A stretch of DNA of 36,299 nt, taken from Candidatus Nomurabacteria bacterium RIFCSPLOWO2_01_FULL_39_17 (lineage in GTDB: Bacteria > Patescibacteriota > Minisyncoccia > Phycocordibacterales > UBA9973). Under the pieces are notes generated by a model. The model was given only the letters and a program-made list of their open reading frames with translations, was not told the DNA's origin and did no database searches. Every line of letters starts with the position of its first letter. Position 1 is the stretch's first letter. A program made the position numbers and the translations under genes. Below are positions 1 through 8,361 of this stretch, piece by piece. The DNA lies in assembly GCA_001785805.1 (NCBI GenBank), contig MFUU01000005.1:1-36299 (forward strand). The letters run 5' to 3'.

Positions 1-988
1 CTTGGCCAAGCCCCAAATCTCCGCCACAGTTTATAACGGTATGATAAGGAATTCCCAAAGATTCTATAAATTCCTCGGTATTTCTATTTATCTCCTCATG
101 CATTTTTACAGAAATTTCATGGCTAGCTTCACATAAAATCACCTGTTCTACCTTAAAGAATTCATGCACTCGGATAAGGCCTTTTATATCTTTACCATGA
201 CTTCCTGCCTCGCGTCTAAAGCACGGAGAAAATCCTAAGTACCGAATCGGTAGAGAATTTTTATCTAATATTTCTCCCCCGTGAAGTCCCATCAAGGGCA
301 CTTCTGATGTGCCCGCGAGATAATCTCCATCTTGTGTTTTATATAAGTCTTCCTCGCCCTGTGGCAAAAATCCAGTTCCCAAAAATGATTCTTTGCGATC
401 CACAATAGGCGGAACAATCAAAGAAAAGCCTCTAGCTCCGAAAAAATCTATTGCATAATTCCAAATAGCAAAAGATAATTTTGCTCCCTCTCCGGTTAAA
501 AAGTATCCCCTAAAACCATGTACTTTTGTTCCCCTTTCAAAATCAGCCATCTTGAGAGTAGTCATTATTTCAATATGATCTTTGGGTTCGAAAGAAAAGG
601 TCGGTTTGTCTCCCCAAATTTTTATTTCCTTATTTTCTTGGTCAGAGTTTCCTTCTGGTACAGACATATCGGGAATATTCGGCACCAAAAGCATCACCTT
701 CTGCCATTCATCCATTATTCCTTTGAGTTTTTCTTCTTTTGACTTGATGTCTTCCTTCACGACGCGCATTTCCTCAATCAATTGGATTCTATGCGCTGGA
801 TCTTGATCGCGGACTATGTCATTTGAAACCTTATTCACCTCGGCCCGCAGATCTTCTATTTCTTTTAGAACTTTTAATCGTTCATCGTCAAGCATTATCA
901 GCTTCCCAATATCTATTTCCACGCATTTCTTCTTCGCGCCGGCTTGCACGATATCTTTGTTTTCACGAATGAATTTTATGTCCAACAT
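1..988 (-). CDS. serS: Seryl-tRNA synthetase, N-terminal ~329 codons (C-terminus runs off the left edge)
   Basis: Absent from the ORF track because it leaves the window. My translation of the minus strand from the ATG (complement of 986-988) gives MLDIKFIRENKDIVQAGAKKK..., a coiled-coil N-domain. This is followed by class II core strings HGFRGYFLTGEGAKL, DYLAGTSEVPLMG, FSPCFRREAGSHGKD and RVHEFFKVEQV, typical of SerRS. Confidence 0.85.
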   Translation of the reverse strand, partial: MLDIKFIRENKDIVQAGAKKKCVEIDIGKLIMLDDERLKVLKEIEDLRAEVNKVSNDIVRDQDPAHRIQLIEEMRVVKEDIKSKEEKLKGIMDEWQKVMLLVPNIPDMSVPEGNSDQENKEIKIWGDKPTFSFEPKDHIEIMTTLKMADFERGTKVHGFRGYFLTGEGAKLSFAIWNYAIDFFGARGFSLIVPPIVDRKESFLGTGFLPQGEEDLYKTQDGDYLAGTSEVPLMGLHGGEILDKNSLPIRYLGFSPCFRREAGSHGKDIKGLIRVHEFFKVEQVILCEASHEISVKMHEEINRNTEEFIESLGIPYHTVINCGGDLGLGQ

Positions 989-994
989 ACTTCC

Positions 995-1000
995 ATTATA
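995..1000 (-). promoter_or_regulatory. -10 box TATAAT located 6 nt upstream of the serS ATG (candidate leaderless promoter)
   Basis: The minus strand reads TATAAT-ggaagt-ATG. There is no usable SD spacing, and only a weak -35 (TTTTCA) at 17 nt. Confidence 0.35.
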
Positions 1001-1131
1001 CACAAACATTGTTATAATGAAAAGTGAAGAATAATATTTTTAAGGGGTTTTGAGCTCGCCGGAGCGAAAACTTCAGGATTTTTTAAGTTTCAAAAAATCC
1101 GTACCGACAAAAATATTATCCTTTGCTTTTC

Positions 1132-1992
1132 ATGCAAATAAAAAAATTACCAAAATCAAAATTCCCAAAAGCATTAATGGAAATTCCACAACCACCAAAA
1201 GAACTCTGGGTGATGGGCGACCTGCCCTCGGAAGATTTGATTTATTTGTGTGTTGTGGGCTCACGCAGATTTACTTCCTACGGGCGGGAAGCTTGCGAGA
1301 AGATAATAACTGGACTAAAAGGCTATCCAATAGTGATAGTTTCAGGACTGGCTATGGGCATAGACGCTATAGCCCACAAGAGGGCGCTCGCAGTAGGTTT
1401 GAAAATCATAGTATTTCCGGGTTCCGGATTGTCTAAAGAGGCAATGTATCCAAAAACGAATGTAAAATTAGCGGAAGAGATTTTAGAAAATGGCGGATGT
1501 TTAATATCGGAATTTAAGCCAGATTTTAAGGCAACATTATGGAGCTTCGGCAGACGCAACAGGCTAATGGCAGGTATTTCCAAAGCAACACTAATAATAG
1601 AAGCCGAAGAAAAATCAGGAACTCTGATTACCGCCCGGCTTACCACAGAATATAATCGTGATTTATTGACAGTGCCTGGATCTATTTTCTCTCCAAACTC
1701 TAAGGGCACCAATAAACTGCTTCGTCTAGGCGCTACGCCAGTCACATCTTCAGAAGATGTACTAGAAGCGCTTGGTTTTGAACCCAAAAAAGATGAAGAC
1801 AAGCAGACAAAATTATTTAAAGATCTGTCTTCAGAAGAAAAAATAGTGATAAACTTACTCCGCGAACCACTCGGAAGAGATGACTTAATTCGCGCGATGA
1901 AACTGCCGATTCCTACTGCGAACGCGGTTTTATCGGTAATGGAAATCAAAGAAATAATTAAGGAAGAAATGGGAGAAATTAAATTAACCTAA
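1132..1992 (+). CDS. dprA: DNA processing protein DprA/Smf
   Basis: The ORF track gives 1123-1992 with a TTG start; the first ATG is at 1132. VVGSRRFTSYGRE, VSGLAMGIDAIAHKRAL, FGRRNRLMAGIS and EAEEKSGTLITA match the DprA Rossmann-fold signature. A C-terminal winged-helix-like tail follows. Confidence 0.85.
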   Translation: MQIKKLPKSKFPKALMEIPQPPKELWVMGDLPSEDLIYLCVVGSRRFTSYGREACEKIITGLKGYPIVIVSGLAMGIDAIAHKRALAVGLKIIVFPGSGLSKEAMYPKTNVKLAEEILENGGCLISEFKPDFKATLWSFGRRNRLMAGISKATLIIEAEEKSGTLITARLTTEYNRDLLTVPGSIFSPNSKGTNKLLRLGATPVTSSEDVLEALGFEPKKDEDKQTKLFKDLSSEEKIVINLLREPLGRDDLIRAMKLPIPTANAVLSVMEIKEIIKEEMGEIKLT

Positions 1993-2036
1993 AATATGAA
2001 ATTTGCAAAAAAAATATATTTCGTGTAATACTTGGA

Positions 2037-2110
2037 ACTAGGCACTAGGAAACTAGGCATTAGGCTTTAGTTAATTTTATTTTTTTCTAGAGCCCAGTGC
2101 CTAAAGCCTG
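2037..2110. repeat. Copy A of a TAGGC/CTAG-rich intergenic hairpin element
   Basis: Left arm ctaggcattaggctttag (2053-2070) and right arm ctagagcccagtgcctaa (2087-2104) form a 17-position stem around a 16-nt T-rich loop. This is preceded by extra CTAGG units (2038-2057). The right arm is 16/18 identical to 16332-16349. Confidence 0.6.
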
Positions 2111-2119
2111 TATTAAATT

Positions 2120-4366
2120 ATGAAACTGTTAATCGTTGAATCGCCATCAAAAGCGAAAACTATTGAAAAATATCTTGAAGGCGCGTACACCGTGCGCGCT
2201 TCTGTTGGACATGTGCGCGATTTGCCGAAATCAAATATAAAGGCAATAGATATAGAATCCGGCTTTATCCCGCATTATGAAATTTCTAGGGGCAAAGAAA
2301 AAGTGGTGCACGAATTGCGAGGACTCGCAGAAAAAGCAGATTCAGTACTTTTGGCGACTGACCCCGACCGCGAGGGAGAAGCCATCGCTTGGCATATAGA
2401 GCAAATTTTAAATGAAAATCCCAAAGGAAAGCAAGCTTCCTACGGGGCAGGTAAAAAAGTAACAGCACCCATCCAAAGAATAGTTTTTTATGAGATTACC
2501 AAAGAAGCGGTAAAAGAAGGACTGGGACATCCGCGAAAAATTGATACTAATTTGCGCAAAGCCCAAGAAGCCCGTCGAGTACTAGACAGGCTGGTAGGTT
2601 ATGACCTCTCCGGACTTATTTGGAAAAAAGTTCGTTATGGACTCTCAGCTGGCCGTGTTCAGTCCCCGGCATTACGCATAATAATGGAACGCGAACGAGA
2701 AATACGAGCTTTCATGCCGGAAAAATATTGGAGGGTTTTTGGATTATTTGAAACAAAAAGTAATGAAAAGATTACTTTAGAGTGTATAGAAGAACCGAGG
2801 GATGAGAAATTAGTTCAAAAAATAATAACTGTCGGCAAAACCAGCACCTGGCTCGTAGATGAAGTGAAAGAATTCGAACAGAGACGCTCTCCCCGCGCGC
2901 TTTTTACCACTTCTACCCTCCAACAGACAGCCAGCTCTCGCTTGGGATACTCTCCTTCTCGCACTATGCAAATAGCGCAGAGGCTTTATGAAGTCGGACA
3001 CATCACATATATGCGCACCGATAGCACAAATCTGTCTGCCAACGCTCAAGCCCAGATAATTTCATTTGTGAAAAATAAATATGGACCGGAATATGCCGAA
3101 GCTAGAATTTATAAAACTAAATCAAAAAATGCCCAGGAAGCGCATGAAGCAATCCGCCCCACGCATATAGATAAAATGATTATTGGAAATAACGATCAAG
3201 ACAGGCTGTATAGATTAATCTGGGAACGCACTATATCTTCACAGATGACCGATGCCAAGCTTCTAAAAACAAAAATTACAGCAGTAATTGAAGGTCATAA
3301 AGACTTGCCCCCATTCTCCGCCAATGGTTCACGTTTGCTTTTCCCGGGATGGCTGAAGGTAGATACTGATGCGCGTGGAGACGATGTCGAACTGCCGAAA
3401 TGCAGTGTAGGAGACAAATTATCCTTGCTTGATTTAACTAACGAAGAAAAGTTCACTGAACCGCCCAGTCGATATTCCGAGGCAGGATTGGTGAAAGAAC
3501 TCGAAAGCAGGGGTATCGGCAGGCCCTCCACTTATGCGTCTATTATGAAAACCCTGGAAGAGCGCGAATATGTCAGGAAAGAAAATAAAACACTATACCC
3601 TACCGATGTCGGCGAAGTTGTATCTGATTTCTTGGAAAAATATTTTGCCAATTATATTTCAGATACATTTACAGCGGAAATGGAAGACGAATTGGACCAG
3701 ATTGCCGCGGGTGAACGCGAATACGAGAAAACCTTAAAAGATTTCTACGGACCATTTTTAAAAGATGTTAAATCAAAAGATAAATTGGAGAAAATTACCA
3801 ATATGGGAGATGCGCCGAATAACATGAAGTGTCCAAAATGCGGAGTAAAAATGATTGTTAAACTCTCTCGCGCGGGAAAATTTTATTCTTGTTCTAAATA
3901 TCCAGAGTGTGACGGTGCATTGATGTTAGATGGCACAGAATTACAGGGTCCGAAAGAAACTGGCGAGAAATGTCCAGAATGCGGGGACAAGAAAATAAAA
4001 TCTGGCGGGGGAAAATTAATAGTACGAGAACGCCGGGACGGCTCTGGAACATTTATTTCATGTTCACGTTATCCCAAATGCAAATTCGTAAAGAACGACG
4101 AAGCCAACGAAGCAAAAAAAAGAACCGGAGTAATTTGTCCCGAATGCAAGACCGGCGATATCAGTGAAAGACACGGACGCTTCGGGATATTCTATTCTTG
4201 CTCTAATTATCCTAAATGTAAGTTTACAATTAAAGCGAAACCAACCGGAGCTGTGTGTAAGGAGTGCGGAAGCTTGATGATGCAAGGCACAAAAACCATT
4301 CCCGAACGCTGTTCAAATAAAGCTTGTATAAACCACAATCCCCATAAAATAAAAAAGATAGAATGA
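2120..4366 (+). CDS. topA: DNA topoisomerase I (type IA) with C-terminal zinc-ribbon repeats
   Basis: The Toprim start is MKLLIVESPSKAKTIEKYL, followed by DPDREGEAIAWH and the active-site region YEVGHITYMRTDS. The C-terminus carries four CxxC...CxxC zinc ribbons (CPKCG, CPECG, CPECK, CKECG). The gene ends in TGA. Confidence 0.95.
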   Translation: MKLLIVESPSKAKTIEKYLEGAYTVRASVGHVRDLPKSNIKAIDIESGFIPHYEISRGKEKVVHELRGLAEKADSVLLATDPDREGEAIAWHIEQILNENPKGKQASYGAGKKVTAPIQRIVFYEITKEAVKEGLGHPRKIDTNLRKAQEARRVLDRLVGYDLSGLIWKKVRYGLSAGRVQSPALRIIMEREREIRAFMPEKYWRVFGLFETKSNEKITLECIEEPRDEKLVQKIITVGKTSTWLVDEVKEFEQRRSPRALFTTSTLQQTASSRLGYSPSRTMQIAQRLYEVGHITYMRTDSTNLSANAQAQIISFVKNKYGPEYAEARIYKTKSKNAQEAHEAIRPTHIDKMIIGNNDQDRLYRLIWERTISSQMTDAKLLKTKITAVIEGHKDLPPFSANGSRLLFPGWLKVDTDARGDDVELPKCSVGDKLSLLDLTNEEKFTEPPSRYSEAGLVKELESRGIGRPSTYASIMKTLEEREYVRKENKTLYPTDVGEVVSDFLEKYFANYISDTFTAEMEDELDQIAAGEREYEKTLKDFYGPFLKDVKSKDKLEKITNMGDAPNNMKCPKCGVKMIVKLSRAGKFYSCSKYPECDGALMLDGTELQGPKETGEKCPECGDKKIKSGGGKLIVRERRDGSGTFISCSRYPKCKFVKNDEANEAKKRTGVICPECKTGDISERHGRFGIFYSCSNYPKCKFTIKAKPTGAVCKECGSLMMQGTKTIPERCSNKACINHNPHKIKKIE

Positions 4367-4385
4367 GAAACACTCAAAATATTTC

Positions 4386-4414
4386 TTGCAATTCTCTTTT
4401 ATTCTATAGATAAT
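4386..4414 (+). promoter_or_regulatory. Sigma70-like promoter TTGCAA-17-GATAAT, -10 box 6 nt before the rel ATG
   Basis: TTGCAA is at 4386-4391, the spacer is 17 nt, and GATAAT is at 4409-4414. This is followed by aagaac and the ATG at 4421. No SD is present. Confidence 0.4.
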
Positions 4415-4420
4415 AAGAAC

Positions 4421-5887
4421 ATGGTCAGTATCAAGGAAATATTAGAGTTAATTCCAGGCGGAGCTACCAAAAAAGACGAAGATCTTATTACTAAAGCTTA
4501 TGAATTTGCAGAAAAGGCGCACCAAGGGCAAAAAAGACTAAACGGAAAACCATACTTTGATCACGTCTTCGAAACTTCTAAAATATTAGCCAAGCTCGAA
4601 ATGGACACCAAAACCATAGTAGCGGGATTGCTTCATGATGTATTAGAAGACACCGGAACCACAGAAGAACAATTAGCGAAAGAATTCGGTGAAGATATAC
4701 TGTTTTTAGTGAAGGGTGTCACCAAGCTTGGAACTTTAAAATATCGCGGACATGAAAGACACGTTGAGAGTTTGCGTAAGTTTTTTGTCGCTATGGCGCA
4801 GGACATACGAGTAGTTCTCATAAAGTTTGCCGACCGGCTGCACAATTTGCAAACTTTGCAATTTTTGCGCGAGGATAAAAGGCGCAGAATCGCCATTGAA
4901 TCCATCGAGGTTTACGCGCCGCTTGCCAATCGTCTCGGTATGGGAAAACTCAAGGGACAATTAGAAGACGCGGCTTTTCCTTACGCTTATCCGAAAGAAT
5001 ATAAACAAATTGAGGAAATTATAGAGGAAAAAAGAGGTTTATACAAAAAAAATCTCACAGAAGTTCGCGAAGAATTGGAAAAAGAACTGAAGAAAAATAA
5101 AGTAAAGTATACTGGGATTGATTACCGAGTAAAGCATAAATATAGCCTCTATAAAAAACTTTTAAAATACAATATGGATCTGGAAAAAATCCACGATATT
5201 ATGGCGCTTCGGGTGATGGTGGATACCGTGGAAGAGTGCTATCGAGTGCTGGGTATCGTGCATTCAATCTGGAATCCATTGCCCGGGCGAATTAAAGATT
5301 ACATTGCTTTACCCAAGCCTAACGGCTATCAATCTATCCACACCACTATTTTCAGCGGTTCGGGTGGAATTGTCGAAATTCAAATAAGAACGCAGGAAAT
5401 GCATATTGAGGCTACTTATGGCGTTGCAGCGCATTTTGCCTATAAAGAAAAACATAAAAAAGGCCATAATAACAAATCTACTCTAAAATGGATTGAAGAA
5501 TTAAAAGACTTGAATTATATCCCCGCCGAACCCGAGAAATTTATCGAACATTTAAAAATGGATTTCTTTAACGACAGAATTTTCGTGTTCACACCCAAGG
5601 GCGACGTGATTGATCTGCCAGAAGGGTCAACTCCCATAGACTTCGCTTACTCAGTACATTCAGATCTTGGCGACCATATCTTTGCCGCAAAAGTAAATGG
5701 CAAAATGGTTCAGATTATTTCAGAATTAAAAAATGGAGATATCGTGCAGATTATAGACAAGCAAAATTCTCATCCTTCCAGTAAATGGCTAGAAAACACA
5801 AAAACCAATACTGCCAAAAAGCACATTAGGGTGTATTTGGAAAAACACAGTTTACTTTCCAGGCTTAAATCTTTCGGGCAGTCTTAA
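4421..5887 (+). CDS. rel: Bifunctional (p)ppGpp synthetase/hydrolase, short RelA/SpoT homologue (HD + synthetase + TGS only)
   Basis: The HD motif LLHDVLEDT is preceded by HQGQKRLNGKPYFDH. The synthetase motifs are YIALPKPNGYQSIHTTI, EIQIRTQEMH and AAHFAYKE. The TGS domain is IFVFTPKGDVIDLPEGSTPIDFAY. The protein ends about 40 aa after TGS. Confidence 0.9.
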   Translation: MVSIKEILELIPGGATKKDEDLITKAYEFAEKAHQGQKRLNGKPYFDHVFETSKILAKLEMDTKTIVAGLLHDVLEDTGTTEEQLAKEFGEDILFLVKGVTKLGTLKYRGHERHVESLRKFFVAMAQDIRVVLIKFADRLHNLQTLQFLREDKRRRIAIESIEVYAPLANRLGMGKLKGQLEDAAFPYAYPKEYKQIEEIIEEKRGLYKKNLTEVREELEKELKKNKVKYTGIDYRVKHKYSLYKKLLKYNMDLEKIHDIMALRVMVDTVEECYRVLGIVHSIWNPLPGRIKDYIALPKPNGYQSIHTTIFSGSGGIVEIQIRTQEMHIEATYGVAAHFAYKEKHKKGHNNKSTLKWIEELKDLNYIPAEPEKFIEHLKMDFFNDRIFVFTPKGDVIDLPEGSTPIDFAYSVHSDLGDHIFAAKVNGKMVQIISELKNGDIVQIIDKQNSHPSSKWLENTKTNTAKKHIRVYLEKHSLLSRLKSFGQS

Positions 5888-6858
5888 ACGCTGAAGTTAG
5901 AAATGTCGTAAAGTTTGGCGTCGTCTTCGACAACTTCATCTTTCGTTCTGTCATCTATCGGAACTTCCGCTAATCCACCCTCATTATTTTTCGCGATGTG
6001 TTTTTCCAGCATCTCGTCTGACTTTTTTTCAATCCCCTGTTTGCCGATTAAATCTAAAATTTCCCGCAAGTCTTCCGTGGAAAAAAAATCAATTTTAATC
6101 TGCCCGCCCAATTCTTTACGATCTATATGCACGCGAGTACCCAACTTTTCCTGAAATTCTTCTTCAAGTTCTGTTATTTCCGGATCGGGCATAAATTCTT
6201 TCTTGCGGACCCTGTCATAGGCTATTTTCCTTGCCAGCTTTTCCGCTTCCCGCACAGTTATTTTTTTATAAAGAATTTCTTTAAACAAAACCAGTTGTTC
6301 TTGCGGATGATCGGCCAACATTAATATCGGTCTGGTGTGTCCTTCGGTGATTTTACCCCCCGATAATGCTTGAAGAATTTCTTCCGGCAGAGATAAAATA
6401 CGCAAAGAATTTGAAACATATTCCCTGCTTCGGCCCATCTTTTTCGCTATTTCATTATGGGTAAATTTAAATTCAGTAGTTAATCTTAAAAAAGCTCTTG
6501 CCCGGTCCACAGCGTTCAAGTCTTCTCTTTGCAGGTTTTCAATAATAGAAAGTTCGAGTTTCATCATTGCAGTGTCGCCCGTACGGATTATAACTGGCAC
6601 TTGCGAAACTCCCGCTAACTTCGCGGCCCGCAATCTGCGTTCTCCGGCGATTAATTCATACTCGGTTACGAGCCCCCCGCCTTCTTTTTCTATTTCTATT
6701 CGAGAAACCGTAAGGGGTTGGAGTACGCCATACTGCTTTATGGAGTCAGCTAAATCTTGCAGGCGAGCTTTGTCAAACTCTCGTCTTGGCTGGAGGGGAT
6801 TTGGCTTAATTTTGTCGGTATCAATCCAAAAGATTGAATTGGAATATAAATTAGACAT
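5884..6858 (-). CDS. parB: Chromosome partitioning protein ParB/Spo0J
   Basis: The ORF track gives 5884-7008, but the first 50 codons overlap tRNA-Leu, so I place the start at the internal ATG (complement of 6856-6858), giving MSNLYSNSIFWIDTDKIKPNPLQPRREF. The ParB box is LIAGERRLRAAKLAG, and an HTH region HNEIAKKMGRSREYVSNSLRIL follows. Confidence 0.85.
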   Translation of the reverse strand: MSNLYSNSIFWIDTDKIKPNPLQPRREFDKARLQDLADSIKQYGVLQPLTVSRIEIEKEGGGLVTEYELIAGERRLRAAKLAGVSQVPVIIRTGDTAMMKLELSIIENLQREDLNAVDRARAFLRLTTEFKFTHNEIAKKMGRSREYVSNSLRILSLPEEILQALSGGKITEGHTRPILMLADHPQEQLVLFKEILYKKITVREAEKLARKIAYDRVRKKEFMPDPEITELEEEFQEKLGTRVHIDRKELGGQIKIDFFSTEDLREILDLIGKQGIEKKSDEMLEKHIAKNNEGGLAEVPIDDRTKDEVVEDDAKLYDISNFSV

Positions 6859-6864
6859 TATTAA

Positions 6865-6893
6865 ATTGTAATTGATTTTTAAGACAAACTCAA
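6865..6893 (-). promoter_or_regulatory. Candidate parB promoter TTGAGT-17-TACAAT, -10 box 6 nt before the ATG
   Basis: The minus strand reads TTGAGT (6893-6888), a 17-nt spacer, TACAAT (6870-6865), ttaata, then ATG. It overlaps the divergent tRNA-Leu promoter. Confidence 0.35.
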
Positions 6894-6900
6894 GTAAGAT
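6872..6900 (+). promoter_or_regulatory. Candidate promoter for tRNA-Leu (and murA): TTGATT-17-TAAGAT
   Basis: TTGATT is at 6872-6877, the spacer is 17 nt, and TAAGAT is at 6895-6900. The tRNA starts 24 nt downstream. Confidence 0.35.
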
Positions 6901-6923
6901 TGAATTTAGTGTATTTTTTAGTC

Positions 6924-7005
6924 GCCGGAGTGGCGAAATTGGTAGACGCGCACGACTCAAAATCGTGTCTCGCAAGGGGTGAGAGTTCAATTCTCTCCTC
7001 CGGCA
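6924..7005 (+). tRNA. tRNA-Leu(CAA), type II with long variable arm, no encoded CCA
   Basis: The acceptor GCCGGAG pairs with CTCCGGC, followed by discriminator A. The anticodon stem-loop is CACGA-CTCAAAA-TCGTG, the variable arm is CTCGCAAGGGGTG, and the T arm is GAGAG-TTCAATT-CTCTC. Confidence 0.9.
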
Positions 7006-7017
7006 CAATTAAGAATT

Positions 7018-8343
7018 ATGAAAAAAGGAAATGACAATTATAATTTCGAGATAGAAGGCGGTAGAAAACTCTCCGGCTCTATTTCCACCAACACTTCCAA
7101 GAACGGTTCGGTAGGTCTTCTGTGCGCATCACTTTTAAACAGAGGTAAAACTACCTTACATGGTATTTCCCATATTGAAGAGGTATATAGAATGATTGAA
7201 GTTTTAGAAAGTATCGGAGTGAAAATAAAGTGGACAGGAAAACAAAGCCTAGTAATAACTCCGCCGAAAAAATTCAAGATAGGAAATCTTGACAGCGAAG
7301 CCGCAATAAAAACCAGAAGTATTATAATGTTCGCCGGACCGTTAATACATTATTTAAAAAGATTTTCTCTTCCTCATGCCCAGGGATGCAAACTCGGTAA
7401 AAGAACAGTGAGCGCGCATATATACGGCCTGGAAGAATTGGGCGTAAAAGTAAAAGTAACCAATCAAAACTATCAATTTAATAGCCAGCACATAAGACCA
7501 GCTGAAATAGTAATGTATGAGTCCGGCGACACAGCCTGTGAGAATCTTTTAACCGCAGCAGCATTAATACCCGGGAAAACCACTCTAAAATTTGCCAGCC
7601 CGAATTATATGGTGCAAGAAATATGCTTCTTTTTAGAGAAATTAGGCGTAAGAGTTGAGGGCAACGGCACTACTACTATTTCAATTCATGGGGTGAAAGA
7701 AATAAATAAAAATATTGAATACTACAACAGCGAAGACCCGATAGAATCAATGATGTGGATTACTTCCGCTGTAGCCACTGATTCAAAACTTACGGTAAAA
7801 AAATGCCCGATAGAATTTCTCGAACTCGAATTATATAAATTACGAAAGATGGGTCTCAAGTATAAAATTCTAAAGAATTATAAATCAAAAAACAGAAAGA
7901 CGAAACTAGTTGACCTTTTAATCTTGCCTTCGAAGTTAAAAGCCCTTGAAGATAAAATTGAAGCGCGGCCATATCCGGGAATCAATATGGATAATCTCCC
8001 CTTTTTTGGACTTATCGCAGCTAAGGCCAAAGGTCAAACCCTCATTCATGATTGGGTATATGAAAATCGCGCTATATACCTTACGGAATTGAACCGTTTG
8101 GGCGGAAATGTGCTTTTAGCCGATCCACATAGAGTTTTTATACAAGGACCGACAGAATTTAAGCCTGCGCAAGTCGTCTGCCCGCCTGCACTCCGCCCAT
8201 CCGTGGTTATAATGCTTGCCATGTTTGCAGCGAATGGCAAATCAGTATTGCGTAATGTATACATGATAAATCGCGGATATGAGGATATCGTTAAAAGATT
8301 TAATAGCATCGGAGCGAAAATAAGAAGTACTAGATCTTCGTAA
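7018..8343 (+). CDS. murA: UDP-N-acetylglucosamine 1-carboxyvinyltransferase (MurA / EPSP-synthase fold)
   Basis: The ORF track gives 6979-8343, but its first 13 codons overlap the tRNA, so I use the ATG at 7018. The protein starts MKKGNDNYNFEIEGGRKLSGSISTNTSKNGSVGLLCASLL, carries a catalytic-loop cysteine in HAQGCKLGKRTV, and ends ...MINRGYEDIVKRFNSIGAKI. Confidence 0.8.
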   Translation: MKKGNDNYNFEIEGGRKLSGSISTNTSKNGSVGLLCASLLNRGKTTLHGISHIEEVYRMIEVLESIGVKIKWTGKQSLVITPPKKFKIGNLDSEAAIKTRSIIMFAGPLIHYLKRFSLPHAQGCKLGKRTVSAHIYGLEELGVKVKVTNQNYQFNSQHIRPAEIVMYESGDTACENLLTAAALIPGKTTLKFASPNYMVQEICFFLEKLGVRVEGNGTTTISIHGVKEINKNIEYYNSEDPIESMMWITSAVATDSKLTVKKCPIEFLELELYKLRKMGLKYKILKNYKSKNRKTKLVDLLILPSKLKALEDKIEARPYPGINMDNLPFFGLIAAKAKGQTLIHDWVYENRAIYLTELNRLGGNVLLADPHRVFIQGPTEFKPAQVVCPPALRPSVVIMLAMFAANGKSVLRNVYMINRGYEDIVKRFNSIGAKIRSTRSS

Positions 8344-8361
8344 AAACTACTCAAGGCTAAA

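Noticed and set aside
989-1131. A T-box leader upstream of serS. Two adjacent hairpins are present at 1047-1071 and 1076-1100.
   Set aside because: The spacer is only ~140 nt. The -10 box sits 6 nt from the serS ATG, so the hairpins lie upstream of the promoter rather than in a leader. No specifier-loop or T-box consensus was recognisable.
6859-7008. The 50-codon N-terminal extension of the parB ORF given in the ORF track (MCRRRELNSHPLRDT...).
   Set aside because: It is the reverse complement of tRNA-Leu(CAA) at 6924-7005. The ParB homology starts at the internal ATG (6858), which also has a promoter-like sequence in front.
6979-7017. The upstream start of the murA ORF (MRVQFSPPAQLRI...).
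   Set aside because: These codons lie inside the 3' half of tRNA-Leu. The ATG at 7018 gives a normal MurA N-terminus.
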